A stretch of 12,345 nucleotides of DNA from Blastopirellula sp. (GCA_002733575.1 NVWB01000116.1:1-12345); one strand, 5' to 3'. Positions 1-8,469 are shown, counted from the first letter of the stretch. A program made the numbers and translations. The notes: generated by a model from the sequence alone, not told the origin.

Positions 1-80
1 CGTGCGTTCATTTACTCGTGGTAACATAAGGACACCCATCGCGCTAGCCCATTCTCCAGTTTTTTTACCGGACACTATTG

Positions 81-100
81 GGCACAGCCTGACCTACAAA
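81..100. repeat. Solo copy of the short intergenic repeat GGCACAGCCTGACCTACAAA; the same 17-mer core forms an inverted pair at 11935-12037
   Basis: Direct string match of ggcacagcctgacctac to 12021-12037 and, as its reverse complement, to 11935-11956. It lies in the intergenic leader upstream of the nfeD-like gene. Confidence 0.5.
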
Positions 101-298
101 AGTTGAAGATATTGAAGGAAGATTCCATCGATTTTGGGTCTTCCTTCGTTTTTAACTCGAAATGATTTGACAGCCACGAGCTAGGGCCTCATCATACCGT
201 GTAGTAGACACTTTGGATTTTGCGCAATAATTGCCCTTTTGCGGCGAATACCATTGTAGAACTACCCTGTACTATGTCTTTTTTTGAGGTCTCGTCCG

Positions 299-895
299 AT
301 GTTAAACACCTTGTTTCTAGTTTGTGCCATAGGCGCAGGTTCTGTCTTTGTCATGCAGTTTGTCATGGCATTGGTTGGATTTGGGGCTGACGACCTAGAC
401 TTTGGCGATGATATCCCCGATGACATTCCTGACGAGATGCCCGATATGGACCAAGGCTCTGTCATAGATCATGGGTCAACCTGGCTGTTCGGTGTGATCT
501 CATTTCGCACGGTGATTGCCGCGTTTACCTTCTTTGGGCTCACTGGATTGGCCGCTGATACGGCTGATTTAGGGACTCCTGTTTCACTGACGATTGCGAT
601 TGTCTTTGGAATTGCGGCCATGTACTCAGTGCATTGGCTAATGCAGATCCTCTATCGCTTAGGGCACGATGGCACCGTCAGAATTGAAAACTCAATTGGG
701 AAGACCGGCACGGTCTATATACCTATTCCTGCTGATAACTCAGGCAAGGGCAAAATCCAAATGCAGCTGCAAAGCCGAATTGTGGAATACGCCGCGATGA
801 CTGCGAATACTGAAAAGCTGGCAACTGGCACTCCGATTCGCATTGTTAAAGTGGTGAGCCCTACCACGCTTGAAGTTGAAAAAATTGTGCTTTGA
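299..895 (+). CDS. NfeD-like membrane protein (flotillin-associated). N-terminal TM helices, an acidic D/P-rich linker, more TM helices and a C-terminal OB-fold beta domain.
   Basis: The ORF in frame from TTG 284 more likely starts at ATG 299, which has GAGG 8 nt upstream. Hydrophobic segments LFLVCAIGAGSVFVMQFVMALVGF and WLFGVISFRTVIAAFTFFGLTGLAA flank the linker DDLDFGDDIPDDIPDEMPDMDQ. The C-terminal G-rich beta region (GTVRIENSIGKTGTVYIPIP...GKGKIQMQ...GTPIRIV) is typical of NfeD/YuaF proteins. It sits immediately upstream of a flotillin gene, as in the yuaF-floT operon. Confidence 0.7.
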   Translation: MLNTLFLVCAIGAGSVFVMQFVMALVGFGADDLDFGDDIPDDIPDEMPDMDQGSVIDHGSTWLFGVISFRTVIAAFTFFGLTGLAADTADLGTPVSLTIAIVFGIAAMYSVHWLMQILYRLGHDGTVRIENSIGKTGTVYIPIPADNSGKGKIQMQLQSRIVEYAAMTANTEKLATGTPIRIVKVVSPTTLEVEKIVL

Positions 896-1067
896 TATAC
901 ACCACTGTTACGACACCTGTTACCTGCATAATCGGAAGCAGCAGCTAGAAGAAGCCGAGAAACCAGAGAGTTCCTCTACTCCTAGCGATTCGCAATGAGC
1001 TACATGTATGTAGAAAAATCTCTGCGAAACCCTCGCTCCCGACTTGCGTATTATTGGAGAAAAAAGA

Positions 1068-2732
1068 ATGAGTATGCCTCCCCTGTTGTTAGGTTCGTTG
1101 ATGGATGGACCTTGGTTTTGGATTGCCGTGACAGTTGTTGCGGGTGTCATGATCCTTTTTGGATTTTTGATTCTATTGGCCAAGCAATACAAACGTTGTC
1201 CTAGCAACCGTTTGCTAGTGATCTACGGTCGAACCGGAAAAGGTCACGCCTCACGAACCATTCATGGTGGTGCGGCATTCATCGTTCCATTGCTTCAAGA
1301 CTATGCCTATCTCAGTTTGGAACCGATTCAGATCGAGATTCCGCTGCGAGGTGCCTTGTCTTCGGAAAATATCCGCGTCAATGTTCCTAGTGTGTTTACC
1401 GTGGCCATTGGTACAAGTTCTGGCGTTATGGATAACGCCGCGATTCGTTTACTAGGGCTCAGCACGGGCGAGATTCGCAAACAAGCGGAAGAGTTGATCT
1501 TTGGCCAATTGCGTCAAGTGATTGCTTCGATGCGTATCGAACAAATCAACCGTGATCGTGACACATTTTTGAATCACGTACAGTCTTCGCTGGAACCAGA
1601 ATTAAGCAAGATTGGTCTGATATTAATCAATGTGAACATCACCGATATCACCGATGAATCTGGCTACATCGACGCCATCGGGCAAAAAGCAGCATCGCTT
1701 GCCATTCAGGTGGCTCGTGGTGATGTGGCCGATAATGAAAAGATGGGTGAAACTCGCGTTGCGGAAGCTCAACGAGATCAGGCCGTTCAAGTGGCAAACG
1801 CCAACAAAGAGCAATTGATTGGTACCAGGGCTGCCGAACGTGATCAGGCCATTAAAGTGGCTGACATGAAAAAAGAGCAAACCATTGGAGAACGCCAAGC
1901 TGAGTTCGAACGTGAAGCTCAAGTGAAAAACGCCGAGCGAGACAAACGTGTGCGGATCGCGGAAGCCGATGCAGCCGCGATTGAAGGTGAAAACGAATCG
2001 CAAGCCAAAGTGGCCGCTTCGCAGGCCGAACTTGCAGTGAAACGTGCGGAAGCTTACGAAGTGGGTGAAACCCGCAAGAAGGAAGCAGAAGCTGCCGTTC
2101 TGGAAGCGCAAAACCGGGCGATGGCCAAAGCGGCGTTAGCCGAAGCCGAACGTGTGGAAGCCGAACAGCGTGCCTTGTTAGAAGCCCCTGCGAAAGCGGA
2201 TAAAGCCAGGGTCGAAGTCGACGCCTCGGCAGAAGCTTCGAAACGACGTATCTTGGCTCAAGCTGAAGCCGATGCCAATTTCGCCAAGTTAGATGCCGAA
2301 GCCCGAGGTCAATATGAAATTCTGGCCAAAAAGGGTGCAGGTCTTCGGGAAATCGTCAATGCTTGTGGTGGCTCGAAAGAAGCGTTCCAATTGTTACTGC
2401 TTGAACATTTAGACACCTTGGCCGAAACTTCCGCCAAAGCGATTTCGAATATCAAATTTGATAAAATCGTGGTCTGGGAAAATGGTAGCGGTAAAGATGG
2501 TCGCTCCAACACTGCCGACTTCCTGTCCGGCATGGCAAAAACTTTGCCTCCGATGATGCAAGTGATGAAGGACATCGGCGGTATCGAACTGCCCGAAGCC
2601 TTAATCAAATTCACCGAAGATGGCCCGGCTGCATTGGTCGATAGCAGTGAGCCTAGTGCATCTTCGGAAGATGATGAAACCATCGTCGCTGCTGAAACTG
2701 GCGACCAAGATGAAGCTCCAGAGTCAGCATAG
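1068..2732 (+). CDS. Flotillin-like SPFH/band-7 family protein (FloT/YqiK-like) with an N-terminal membrane anchor, a long E/A/K/R-rich coiled coil and an acidic C-terminal tail
   Basis: The long ORF in frame from 1044 probably starts at ATG 1068, with GGAGAA upstream. The N-terminal TM helix is WFWIAVTVVAGVMILFGFLILLA. The SPFH core includes KRCPSNRLLVIYGRTGKG...RVNVPSVFTVAIG. About 250 aa of EA-repeat coiled coil (AEAQRDQAVQVANANKEQ, AEADAAAIEGENESQAKV...) follows. A rho-independent terminator lies downstream. Confidence 0.85.
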   Translation: MSMPPLLLGSLMDGPWFWIAVTVVAGVMILFGFLILLAKQYKRCPSNRLLVIYGRTGKGHASRTIHGGAAFIVPLLQDYAYLSLEPIQIEIPLRGALSSENIRVNVPSVFTVAIGTSSGVMDNAAIRLLGLSTGEIRKQAEELIFGQLRQVIASMRIEQINRDRDTFLNHVQSSLEPELSKIGLILINVNITDITDESGYIDAIGQKAASLAIQVARGDVADNEKMGETRVAEAQRDQAVQVANANKEQLIGTRAAERDQAIKVADMKKEQTIGERQAEFEREAQVKNAERDKRVRIAEADAAAIEGENESQAKVAASQAELAVKRAEAYEVGETRKKEAEAAVLEAQNRAMAKAALAEAERVEAEQRALLEAPAKADKARVEVDASAEASKRRILAQAEADANFAKLDAEARGQYEILAKKGAGLREIVNACGGSKEAFQLLLLEHLDTLAETSAKAISNIKFDKIVVWENGSGKDGRSNTADFLSGMAKTLPPMMQVMKDIGGIELPEALIKFTEDGPAALVDSSEPSASSEDDETIVAAETGDQDEAPESA

Positions 2733-2770
2733 TCTGAATTTAGGGCACGATTCTTTAATTTCAAAAACTC

Positions 2771-2806
2771 AAAAGGCGGGTGAATTAGTTCATCCGCCTT
2801 TTTTTG
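2771..2806 (+). terminator. Rho-independent terminator of the nfeD-flotillin operon
   Basis: Stem GGCGGGTGAA/TTCATCCGCC (10 bp, one G-U wobble) with loop TTAG, followed by TTTTTTT. It lies 39 nt after the flotillin stop. Confidence 0.75.
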
Positions 2807-2852
2807 TGCCTGCTGTGCATTTTTAAAATCGATATTCTGATATAAGTTTTCT

Positions 2853-2945
2853 GTTGTCCCGGAGGGACAATAGCATGTAGCCAGGGGATTCATCCCCTGG
2901 AATCAAATTACTCAAAGTTCCAAAAGCCCCAGCGGGGCGATATCG
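2853..2945. repeat. Left arm of a ~95-bp imperfect terminal inverted repeat containing three hairpins (GTCCCggaGGGAC, CCAGGGGAttcaTCCCCTGG, GCCCCagcGGGGC)
   Basis: Reverse-complementing 3488-3582 and aligning it to 2853-2945 gives the same three hairpins in the same order with about 70% identity. An example is gtcccggagggacaatagcatgtagccaggggattcatcccctggaa against gtcccgatagggacgacatcgtgtagctaggggatttatcccctggaag. Confidence 0.6.
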
Positions 2946-3118
2946 AGAAAATTGAGTAGTTTTGCCGTCGGAGAACAAATTTCATCAGAGAATAATCTTT
3001 GATTGGTGATACTTCTCGGTGAACTCCACCACTTTCAACTTTCTACCCGATAATAATGTCGTCATCAAAACCTACATCGAACTTCAAAGCATCATCATAA
3101 ACCCCTTCAAAAGATGTC

Positions 3119-3300
3119 TCACGCAAAGCCGCAAAGGCGCCAAGGAAGGAAAGAAGAAGTTTTTAACACAGAGGCACAGAGAGAGCAGAGGATTGGGTTT
3201 CAGACTTCATCTTGTCAAAAAAAAGATTCTCACGCGAAGCCTCGAAGTCGCGAAGAGGTTTTGCTTCAAACTTTCTTGGCGCCTTTGCGTCTTTGCGTGA
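3119..3300. repeat. Nested 23-bp inverted repeat (3119-3141 and 3278-3300, 22/23 complementary) enclosing an AG-rich core of about 137 nt; also a 14-bp direct repeat tctcacgcaaagcc/tctcacgcgaagcc
   Basis: tcacgcaaagccgcaaaggcgcc at 3119-3141 against ggcgcctttgcgtctttgcgtga at 3278-3300, which is its reverse complement with one mismatch. The direct repeat copies are at 3116-3130 and 3227-3240. Confidence 0.55.
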
Positions 3301-3487
3301 TTTATTTTTCATTTACTTAAGGAGTATTTATGACACACAAGAATCAACGACCGGCCCTAAGTAGAATATGTCATTAGGACAAGAAAACACGGTGCTTATA
3401 CATTTCCAGAGACCGTAGCAAGAAGTGTTTGCGGTGGAGTTCAGCGAGAAGTGTTGATTTGTAGCCTTATCAACGGCTCATCAAGCA

Positions 3488-3582
3488 ATGTCGCCCCTGG
3501 CCGGGGCTTAGACGATTTAGGGCATTCACTTCCAGGGGATAAATCCCCTAGCTACACGATGTCGTCCCTATCGGGACTGAAA
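3488..3582. repeat. Right arm of the ~95-bp imperfect terminal inverted repeat (GCCCCtggccGGGGC, CCAGGGGAtaaaTCCCCTAG, GTCCCtatcGGGAC), mirrored relative to 2853-2945
   Basis: See the left arm. The hairpins appear in reversed order and orientation, so the two arms are inverted copies about 540 bp apart. Together they bound a noncoding element of about 730 bp. Confidence 0.6.
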
Positions 3583-3719
3583 AAATGGCAGAAATAGTAA
3601 CGAGTAAAACCATATCCTTCGTGGATATTCGGCACACGTTATTTAAAAATGCTCTAGCTTCGCCCTAGAGTCCTTTCGAGAAAGGTAGGGTCTGTCTTAT
3701 AATCGAGGGTTCCTGATAC

Positions 3720-4355
3720 GTGCCAACATTGCCACGTGCAACCCTACAATTACCTAATAGAGATCAGTCTGTGCTGGAAATCATCCACTATCCGCATCCT
3801 ACACTGCGATATAAATCAAAACCGATCAAACGGGTCGACGCCAACTTGCGCCAGATGGTCGAAGAAATGTTTGACCTGATGTATGAGCACAAAGGCGTAG
3901 GGCTGGCCGCCAATCAAGTTGATTTGCCGCTTCGACTGTTCGTGGTCAACGAAACGGCCGATCCGGATCAAAGAGACCAAGAGCACGTCTTTATTAATCC
4001 GATCATTAGTCGGCCCAAAGGGAACGAAGAGGCCCAAGAGGGCTGTCTGAGTTTGCCAGAAGTGTATGCCGATGTAAAACGGCCTGCCGAGTTCCATTTC
4101 TCTGCTTACAATCTCAAAGGCGAGAAAATCGAAGGACAATTCGATGGGTTCTTTGGCCGTATCTTACAACACGAAACCGACCACTTAGATGGCATCATGT
4201 TTATCGATAAAGTGATGCCCAATGACTTGGTGGAAATCGAGCATGAGATCGAAGAATTTGAAGTCGATTTCAAAAGCAAGCGAGATGTCAACGCAATTCC
4301 ATCCGATGAAGAAATCGCCCAACGATTGTCCGAAATTGAAGCAACGTATTGTTAG
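3720..4355 (+). CDS. def: Peptide deformylase
   Basis: All three PDF motifs are present: GVGLAANQV (motif 1), EGCLS (motif 2) and QHETDHLDG (HExxH, motif 3). The start is ambiguous among GTG 3720, TTG 3729 and GTG 3771. The last gives an N-terminus MLEIIHYPHPTLR that is typical of PDF, so the true start is probably 3771. There is a C-terminal acidic extension of about 35 aa. Confidence 0.9.
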   Translation: MPTLPRATLQLPNRDQSVLEIIHYPHPTLRYKSKPIKRVDANLRQMVEEMFDLMYEHKGVGLAANQVDLPLRLFVVNETADPDQRDQEHVFINPIISRPKGNEEAQEGCLSLPEVYADVKRPAEFHFSAYNLKGEKIEGQFDGFFGRILQHETDHLDGIMFIDKVMPNDLVEIEHEIEEFEVDFKSKRDVNAIPSDEEIAQRLSEIEATYC

Positions 4356-4418
4356 CCTTGTTTCCTGAGCCACGACAATCAATTTTCCTTCACCGATGTT
4401 TTACCAAAGAGATCCAAT

Positions 4419-5396
4419 ATGCGAATCGTCATGATGGGGACCGGGCCATTTGCGGTTCCTACGTTTGAAAAATTGATTGCCAGTCAGCATGAAGTGTTGT
4501 GTTTGATCACACAACCAGATCGTCCTACGCGCGGCAAGCGGAAGCCGCCAGTGAATCCGATGCGACAAGCGGCAGAGAAAAACGGCATCACGGTTCACTC
4601 TCCGCAAAGCATCAACAACGAAGAAGCATCTCAGTTGTTGACCGCCTGCGAAGCTGACTTATATGTGGTCTGCGATTACGGACAGATTCTATCCAATGAC
4701 ATCTTGGCGTTGGCGAAGTACGGCGGTATCAACCTGCATGGGTCTCTGCTGCCCAAGTATCGCGGTTCGGCCCCAGTACAGTGGGCCATCTACAACGGCG
4801 ACGCCACCACCGGCGTGTCTGTGATTCACATGACACCCAAGCTCGATGCTGGCCCTTGCTTGAAAGTGGTTGAGACACCGATTGATGCAAATGAAAATCA
4901 ACTAGAACTCGAACATCGATTGTCCACACTCGGTGTCGCTGCCGTGTTCGATGCGATTGATCAGCTAGAACAATCCAACGCAGGTGAAGCACTTGGCGAA
5001 GTGCAAGATAAAGCATTGGCCACCAGGGCTCCTCGATTAAAAAAATCAGATGGCGAGATCGATTGGTCCAAATCAGCCAAACAAATCTACGATCAATTTC
5101 GGGCCTTTCAACCATGGCCAGGCTGCTTCACCCACTGGCTGCGTGAAGGCGAAGAACCGCTGCGACTGATCGTCAAACAGGTTCGATATGAGCAAATTGA
5201 GACCGAATTCCCAGACTCTGAGGTCGGTAAAACCGTGGCGGCAGATGATCAAGGAATTCAGATTACTTGCAAAACGGGGGTCATAATCCTCGAAGAAGTA
5301 CAGCCTGCCGGAAAACGGGCCATGAAAGTTGAAGAACTTCTGCGGGGCTATTCGATCTTGCCAGGCATGCCATTTGGACCGCAACCTGTTTCATAA
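4419..5396 (+). CDS. fmt: Methionyl-tRNA formyltransferase
   Basis: The N-terminus MRIVMMGTGPFAVPTFEKL is Fmt-like. The formyltransferase core HGSLLPKYRGSAPVQWAIYNGDATTGVSV is present. The gene lies immediately downstream of def, the classic def-fmt arrangement. Confidence 0.9.
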   Translation: MRIVMMGTGPFAVPTFEKLIASQHEVLCLITQPDRPTRGKRKPPVNPMRQAAEKNGITVHSPQSINNEEASQLLTACEADLYVVCDYGQILSNDILALAKYGGINLHGSLLPKYRGSAPVQWAIYNGDATTGVSVIHMTPKLDAGPCLKVVETPIDANENQLELEHRLSTLGVAAVFDAIDQLEQSNAGEALGEVQDKALATRAPRLKKSDGEIDWSKSAKQIYDQFRAFQPWPGCFTHWLREGEEPLRLIVKQVRYEQIETEFPDSEVGKTVAADDQGIQITCKTGVIILEEVQPAGKRAMKVEELLRGYSILPGMPFGPQPVS

Positions 5397-5552
5397 CAGC
5401 AGGTTGCGACTGATACTGGTCCACTCTTTGGTTCCTCCAGTTCTCAAAAAGCGGCCAAATGCTCATTAATACCTCTCGCCGAAACTCCCCATCATTTACT
5501 ACGATAAGGAGAACTGTATCTGAAGACCAAGGATGGTTTCAAGGAACACGGA

Positions 5553-5785
5553 TCATGGATGTCTGGAACATAATGCTTTTTGCTGCGGCCGTGTATGTGG
5601 CGGTCATTTCCCTCGTGCGAATGATGCGAGCTCGTCAAAAGGAATTGATTAAGCGATTTCGTAAAGAATTTGATCGAGAGCAGCAGGCCATCGCCGAGCG
5701 CATTACCCTGAAAAGACGTAAAGAACGTGAAGAAAAAAGAACCCAAATGTTTGATGATCTGGTGCAAAAGCGAGACGCCGCGTAA
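5553..5785 (+). CDS. Small hypothetical protein (~76 aa) with one TM helix and a highly charged K/R/E-rich C-terminal tail
   Basis: ATG 5553 has AAGGAA 8 nt upstream. The TM segment is IMLFAAAVYVAVISLV, followed by RMMRARQKELIKRFRKEFDREQQ...RRKEREEKR. The ORF is open from 5459, but nothing supports the earlier start. No recognisable family. Confidence 0.4.
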
Positions 5786-5891
5786 CGATCAACTGCTGAA
5801 TCAATCGACCTGATAAGCTCTTGGGATTCGTTTCTGAATCCACAAACACTGTGCCCCCAAACTCCCGCTGCTGTGAAAGTCTAAACTGCTG

Positions 5892-7316
5892 ATGCCGAAA
5901 CAATTGTATATCGAAACGGTTGGATGCCAAATGAACATGCTCGATAGCGAACTTGTCGTCGCAAGTTTGCGAAAGCAGGGCTATCAACTGACCGACTCTA
6001 TTGAAGAAGCCGACGCGTTACTCTTCAATACGTGCAGCGTGCGTGAGCAAGCCGAAAACAAAACCTACAGCCACCTGGGTAAATTACGTCAATTCAAAAT
6101 TGATAACCCCGAAAAAGTCATCGGCGTGATGGGCTGCATGGCCCAAAACCATCAAAAGAAAATCTTTCAGCGTGCCCCGTATGTTGACCTGATTGTTGGC
6201 CCTGGCCAGTTGCATCAGATCCCTGAATTGATCAAAAAAATTGAACAGGGTGAAGGGCGACAGATTGAAGTCTCGCTCGGTCGCCGCGATGGTGGTCGCG
6301 AAGAAATTATTCGCAGCCACGAAAGTTTTGATCCACTACGCGACCCTGAAATGCGACCGACCCCGTTCCAAGCTTTTATTCGCATTCAAATTGGTTGCGA
6401 CAAATTTTGCACCTATTGCATTGTCCCAAGTGTTCGCGGACCAGAACAAGGCCGCAACCCGCACGACATCATTGCCGAAGCCAAACATCTGGCATTGCAC
6501 GACACGGTCGAAATCACACTGATTGGTCAAACCGTCAACAGCTACAAAGCGGTTGATCAAGATGGCAAGCTGTGGAGAATGTCGGACCTGCTAGGCGAGC
6601 TGCAAGAGATCGATGGCATTCAACGTATCAAGTTTGTGACCAACTATCCGAACGACATGACCGATGACTTGCTGTGTGCCGTGCGCGATCTCAGCAAGGT
6701 TTCGCCCTATTTGCATGTGCCGGCCCAAAGTGGATCGGAGCGTATTCTCAAGCGGATGAAACGTGGCTACACAGTGGCCCAATATCGAGACATGATGCAC
6801 CGCATTCGAGAAACGGTTCCCGGTGCCGCAGTCAGCAGTGACTTTATCGTCGGCTTCTGTGGCGAGACCGACGAAGAGTTTCAAATGACTGTCGACTTGG
6901 TGGAAGAATGTCGCTTCAAAAACAGCTTCATCTTTAAGTACAGCGAACGCGAAGGAACCAAAGGGGCCGAGATGTACGATGATGACATCCCCCATCATGT
7001 TAAAAAGGAAAGAAACAATCGGCTGCTGGAAATTCAAAATCAAATTAGCCTCGAAGACAATCAGGACATGATAGGGCACACCGTTGATGTGTTGATTGAG
7101 GGCATCAGCAAAACGGCCATCAGAAAAGGGGAAGACACCGGCCCCAGCGTCCAATTAACTGGAAGAACCCATTGCGACCGCATCGTGGTTTGCGAAGGAA
7201 ACCCCCGCCAAATTGGGCATATTCTACCGATGACCATCTACGAAACATCGCCCCATACGCTGTTTGGTGAAGTGGTGACCGAAGCCTGTGGACCGGAGCT
7301 ATTTGGCTTGGGTTAA
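5892..7316 (+). CDS. miaB: tRNA (i6A37) methylthiotransferase, MiaB-type radical SAM MTTase
   Basis: The N-terminal MTTase cysteine triad is present (TVGCQMN, NTCSVREQAE, VMGCMAQ). The radical-SAM motif is GCDKFCTYC. A C-terminal TRAM-like region follows. The GCQMN and NTCxVRE signature fits MiaB better than RimO or MtaB. Confidence 0.8.
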   Translation: MPKQLYIETVGCQMNMLDSELVVASLRKQGYQLTDSIEEADALLFNTCSVREQAENKTYSHLGKLRQFKIDNPEKVIGVMGCMAQNHQKKIFQRAPYVDLIVGPGQLHQIPELIKKIEQGEGRQIEVSLGRRDGGREEIIRSHESFDPLRDPEMRPTPFQAFIRIQIGCDKFCTYCIVPSVRGPEQGRNPHDIIAEAKHLALHDTVEITLIGQTVNSYKAVDQDGKLWRMSDLLGELQEIDGIQRIKFVTNYPNDMTDDLLCAVRDLSKVSPYLHVPAQSGSERILKRMKRGYTVAQYRDMMHRIRETVPGAAVSSDFIVGFCGETDEEFQMTVDLVEECRFKNSFIFKYSEREGTKGAEMYDDDIPHHVKKERNNRLLEIQNQISLEDNQDMIGHTVDVLIEGISKTAIRKGEDTGPSVQLTGRTHCDRIVVCEGNPRQIGHILPMTIYETSPHTLFGEVVTEACGPELFGLG

Positions 7317-7452
7317 TAGCCAATCCTGCAATTTTGACTGGCCTGATTGGACTCTTTCGCCCCGGCATGCTATTCTCAATACATTGAAAAGACCCTCACC
7401 TTTGTGTGCGAATGCTCGCACCTCACCATGTTATCTATAGGAGATTCTATTT

Positions 7453-8079
7453 ATGCGAACTGTAATTAGCAGTTGCCTGTTGCTCTTGGTTTTGATTTCT
7501 TCCAACGCACTGGCTGCCGAAAAAGGTTGGAAAAAACTGACCGATGGTAAAACCTATGACGGTTGGAAAATCAACGAGAACAAAGAAACTTGGTCGATCC
7601 AAGATGGTGCGTTTGTTGCCAAAGGCGACCGCAGCCACTTGTTCTATGTCGGCGATGATAGACCGTTTGTGAACTTTGAGTTCAAAGCCCAAGTCATGAC
7701 CCGCAAAAACAGCAACGGCGGAATTTACTTCCACACCAAATATCAAGACGCCGGCTGGCCCAAACACGGTTTTGAAGCCCAAGTCAACAACACCCACCAT
7801 GACCGTAAAAAAACGGCCAGTGTTTATGCCGTCAAAGACGTAATGGATGATGCACCTGCCAAAGATGACGTTTGGTTTGAGTACTACATCAAAGTGGTTG
7901 GCAAAACCGTAGTGATCAAAATCGACGGCAAAGTGGCCAACAAATACACCGAACCCGAAGGCACCAAAGCCGGCAAAGATTTCACCCGAGTCTTCAACAA
8001 AGGCACCTTCGCCCTCCAAGGCCACGATCCTGGAAGTGTTGTGTACTTCAAAGACATCGAAGTCAAACGCTTGCCGTAA
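7453..8079 (+). CDS. Secreted DUF1080 (3-keto-disaccharide hydrolase-like, LamG-type beta-sandwich) domain protein
   Basis: AGGAGA RBS. The signal peptide is MRTVISSCLLLLVLISSNALAA. The sequence then reads GWKKLTDGKTYDGWK...WSIQDGAF...GGIYFH...EAQV...ALQGHDPGSVVYFKDIEVK, a typical DUF1080 pattern. A terminator hairpin follows 28 nt after the stop. Confidence 0.85.
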   Translation: MRTVISSCLLLLVLISSNALAAEKGWKKLTDGKTYDGWKINENKETWSIQDGAFVAKGDRSHLFYVGDDRPFVNFEFKAQVMTRKNSNGGIYFHTKYQDAGWPKHGFEAQVNNTHHDRKKTASVYAVKDVMDDAPAKDDVWFEYYIKVVGKTVVIKIDGKVANKYTEPEGTKAGKDFTRVFNKGTFALQGHDPGSVVYFKDIEVKRLP

Positions 8080-8106
8080 GCAAATAGCCAATGGCAACCA
8101 ATTAAT

Positions 8107-8147
8107 ATAAAAGAGCCCGCTCTGAATCAGAGCGGGCTCTTTTTTTG
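8107..8147. terminator. Bidirectional rho-independent terminator, copy 1 of 3
   Basis: ATAAAAGAGCCCGCTCTGA/atc/AGAGCGGGCTCTTTTTTT. A perfect GC-rich stem of about 13 bp is flanked by an A-tract upstream and a T-tract downstream. Confidence 0.85.
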
Positions 8148-8193
8148 TTATCTTGTTTTTAGTAAAGGTCGCTTTATATTTCGTCAGTGTCAC
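8107..8193. repeat. Direct-repeat block 1: the terminator plus about 45 bp ending in GTCAGTGTCAC. Block 2 at 8783-8869 is in register exactly 676 bp away. A shorter copy (terminator plus TATC...GGTCGCTT) sits at 10691-10758.
   Basis: Ungapped alignment of 8107-8193 to 8783-8869 gives about 95% identity over the hairpin and about 74% over the 53 bp that follow. The shared ends are ttttgtcagtgtcac and tttcgtcagtgtcac. The block-1 segment tatcttg...ggtcgcttt resembles tatcatc...ggtcgctta after the third terminator. Confidence 0.7.
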
Positions 8194-8283
8194 TCATCGC
8201 GTGTGGTCAAAATACTCATCTGGAAGCCACGTAGGGTAGATAAATCCATATTCATCCACCTTGGAATCACGATTCAACCAAAA

Positions 8284-8298
8284 TTAACCATTGGTTAA
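8284..8298. promoter_or_regulatory. Perfect 15-bp palindrome TTAACCATTGGTTAA (copy 1), candidate dimeric-protein binding site
   Basis: The sequence is exactly its own reverse complement. It recurs identically at 8331-8345 and in degenerate form at 8470-8482. Confidence 0.5.
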
Positions 8299-8330
8299 AT
8301 TTCCCGAAAAACCCCTCTACTGCGGCGGAC

Positions 8331-8345
8331 TTAACCATTGGTTAA
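8331..8345. promoter_or_regulatory. Perfect 15-bp palindrome TTAACCATTGGTTAA (copy 2)
   Basis: Identical to copy 1, centre-to-centre spacing 47 bp. A T-tract follows. Confidence 0.5.
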
Positions 8346-8469
8346 TTTTTGATGACCGTTTTTATCGGTTACCCCGTTGTTGGTCGAATTTTTGTGTTGT
8401 TGTAACTCCCCGTCTCAAACGACTTATGGCAAGTGAAAATCCTTGCTTTCTTGGATTCAACCAAAACAT

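Noticed and set aside
1623-2893. Minus-strand ORFs of 162 and 194 aa antisense to the flotillin gene
   Set aside because: They overlap the strongly supported flotillin CDS. They are F/L/S-rich shadow frames produced by the GAA/GCC-rich coiled-coil codons.
3019-3320. Two overlapping small ORFs (93 and 68 aa) inside the inverted-repeat element
   Set aside because: Highly basic, low-complexity translations driven by AG-rich tracts, with no RBS and no recognisable domain. They are better explained as noncoding sequence of the MITE-like or RNA element.
4401-5466. Several minus-strand ORFs (61-128 aa) antisense to def and fmt
   Set aside because: All are contained within def or fmt, which carry diagnostic motifs. 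The translations are R/W-rich and typical of antisense frames.
7335-7375. Possible sigma70-like promoter (TTGGAC-N18-TATTCT) upstream of the DUF1080 gene
   Set aside because: The spacing is suboptimal and the hexamers imperfect. Promoter consensus in Planctomycetota-like genomes is poorly defined, so this is too weak to call.
7447-8193. 248-aa ORF on the minus strand
   Set aside because: It is entirely antisense to the well-supported DUF1080 gene and runs through the terminator. The sequence is low-complexity G/F/V-rich, which is typical of an antisense shadow ORF.
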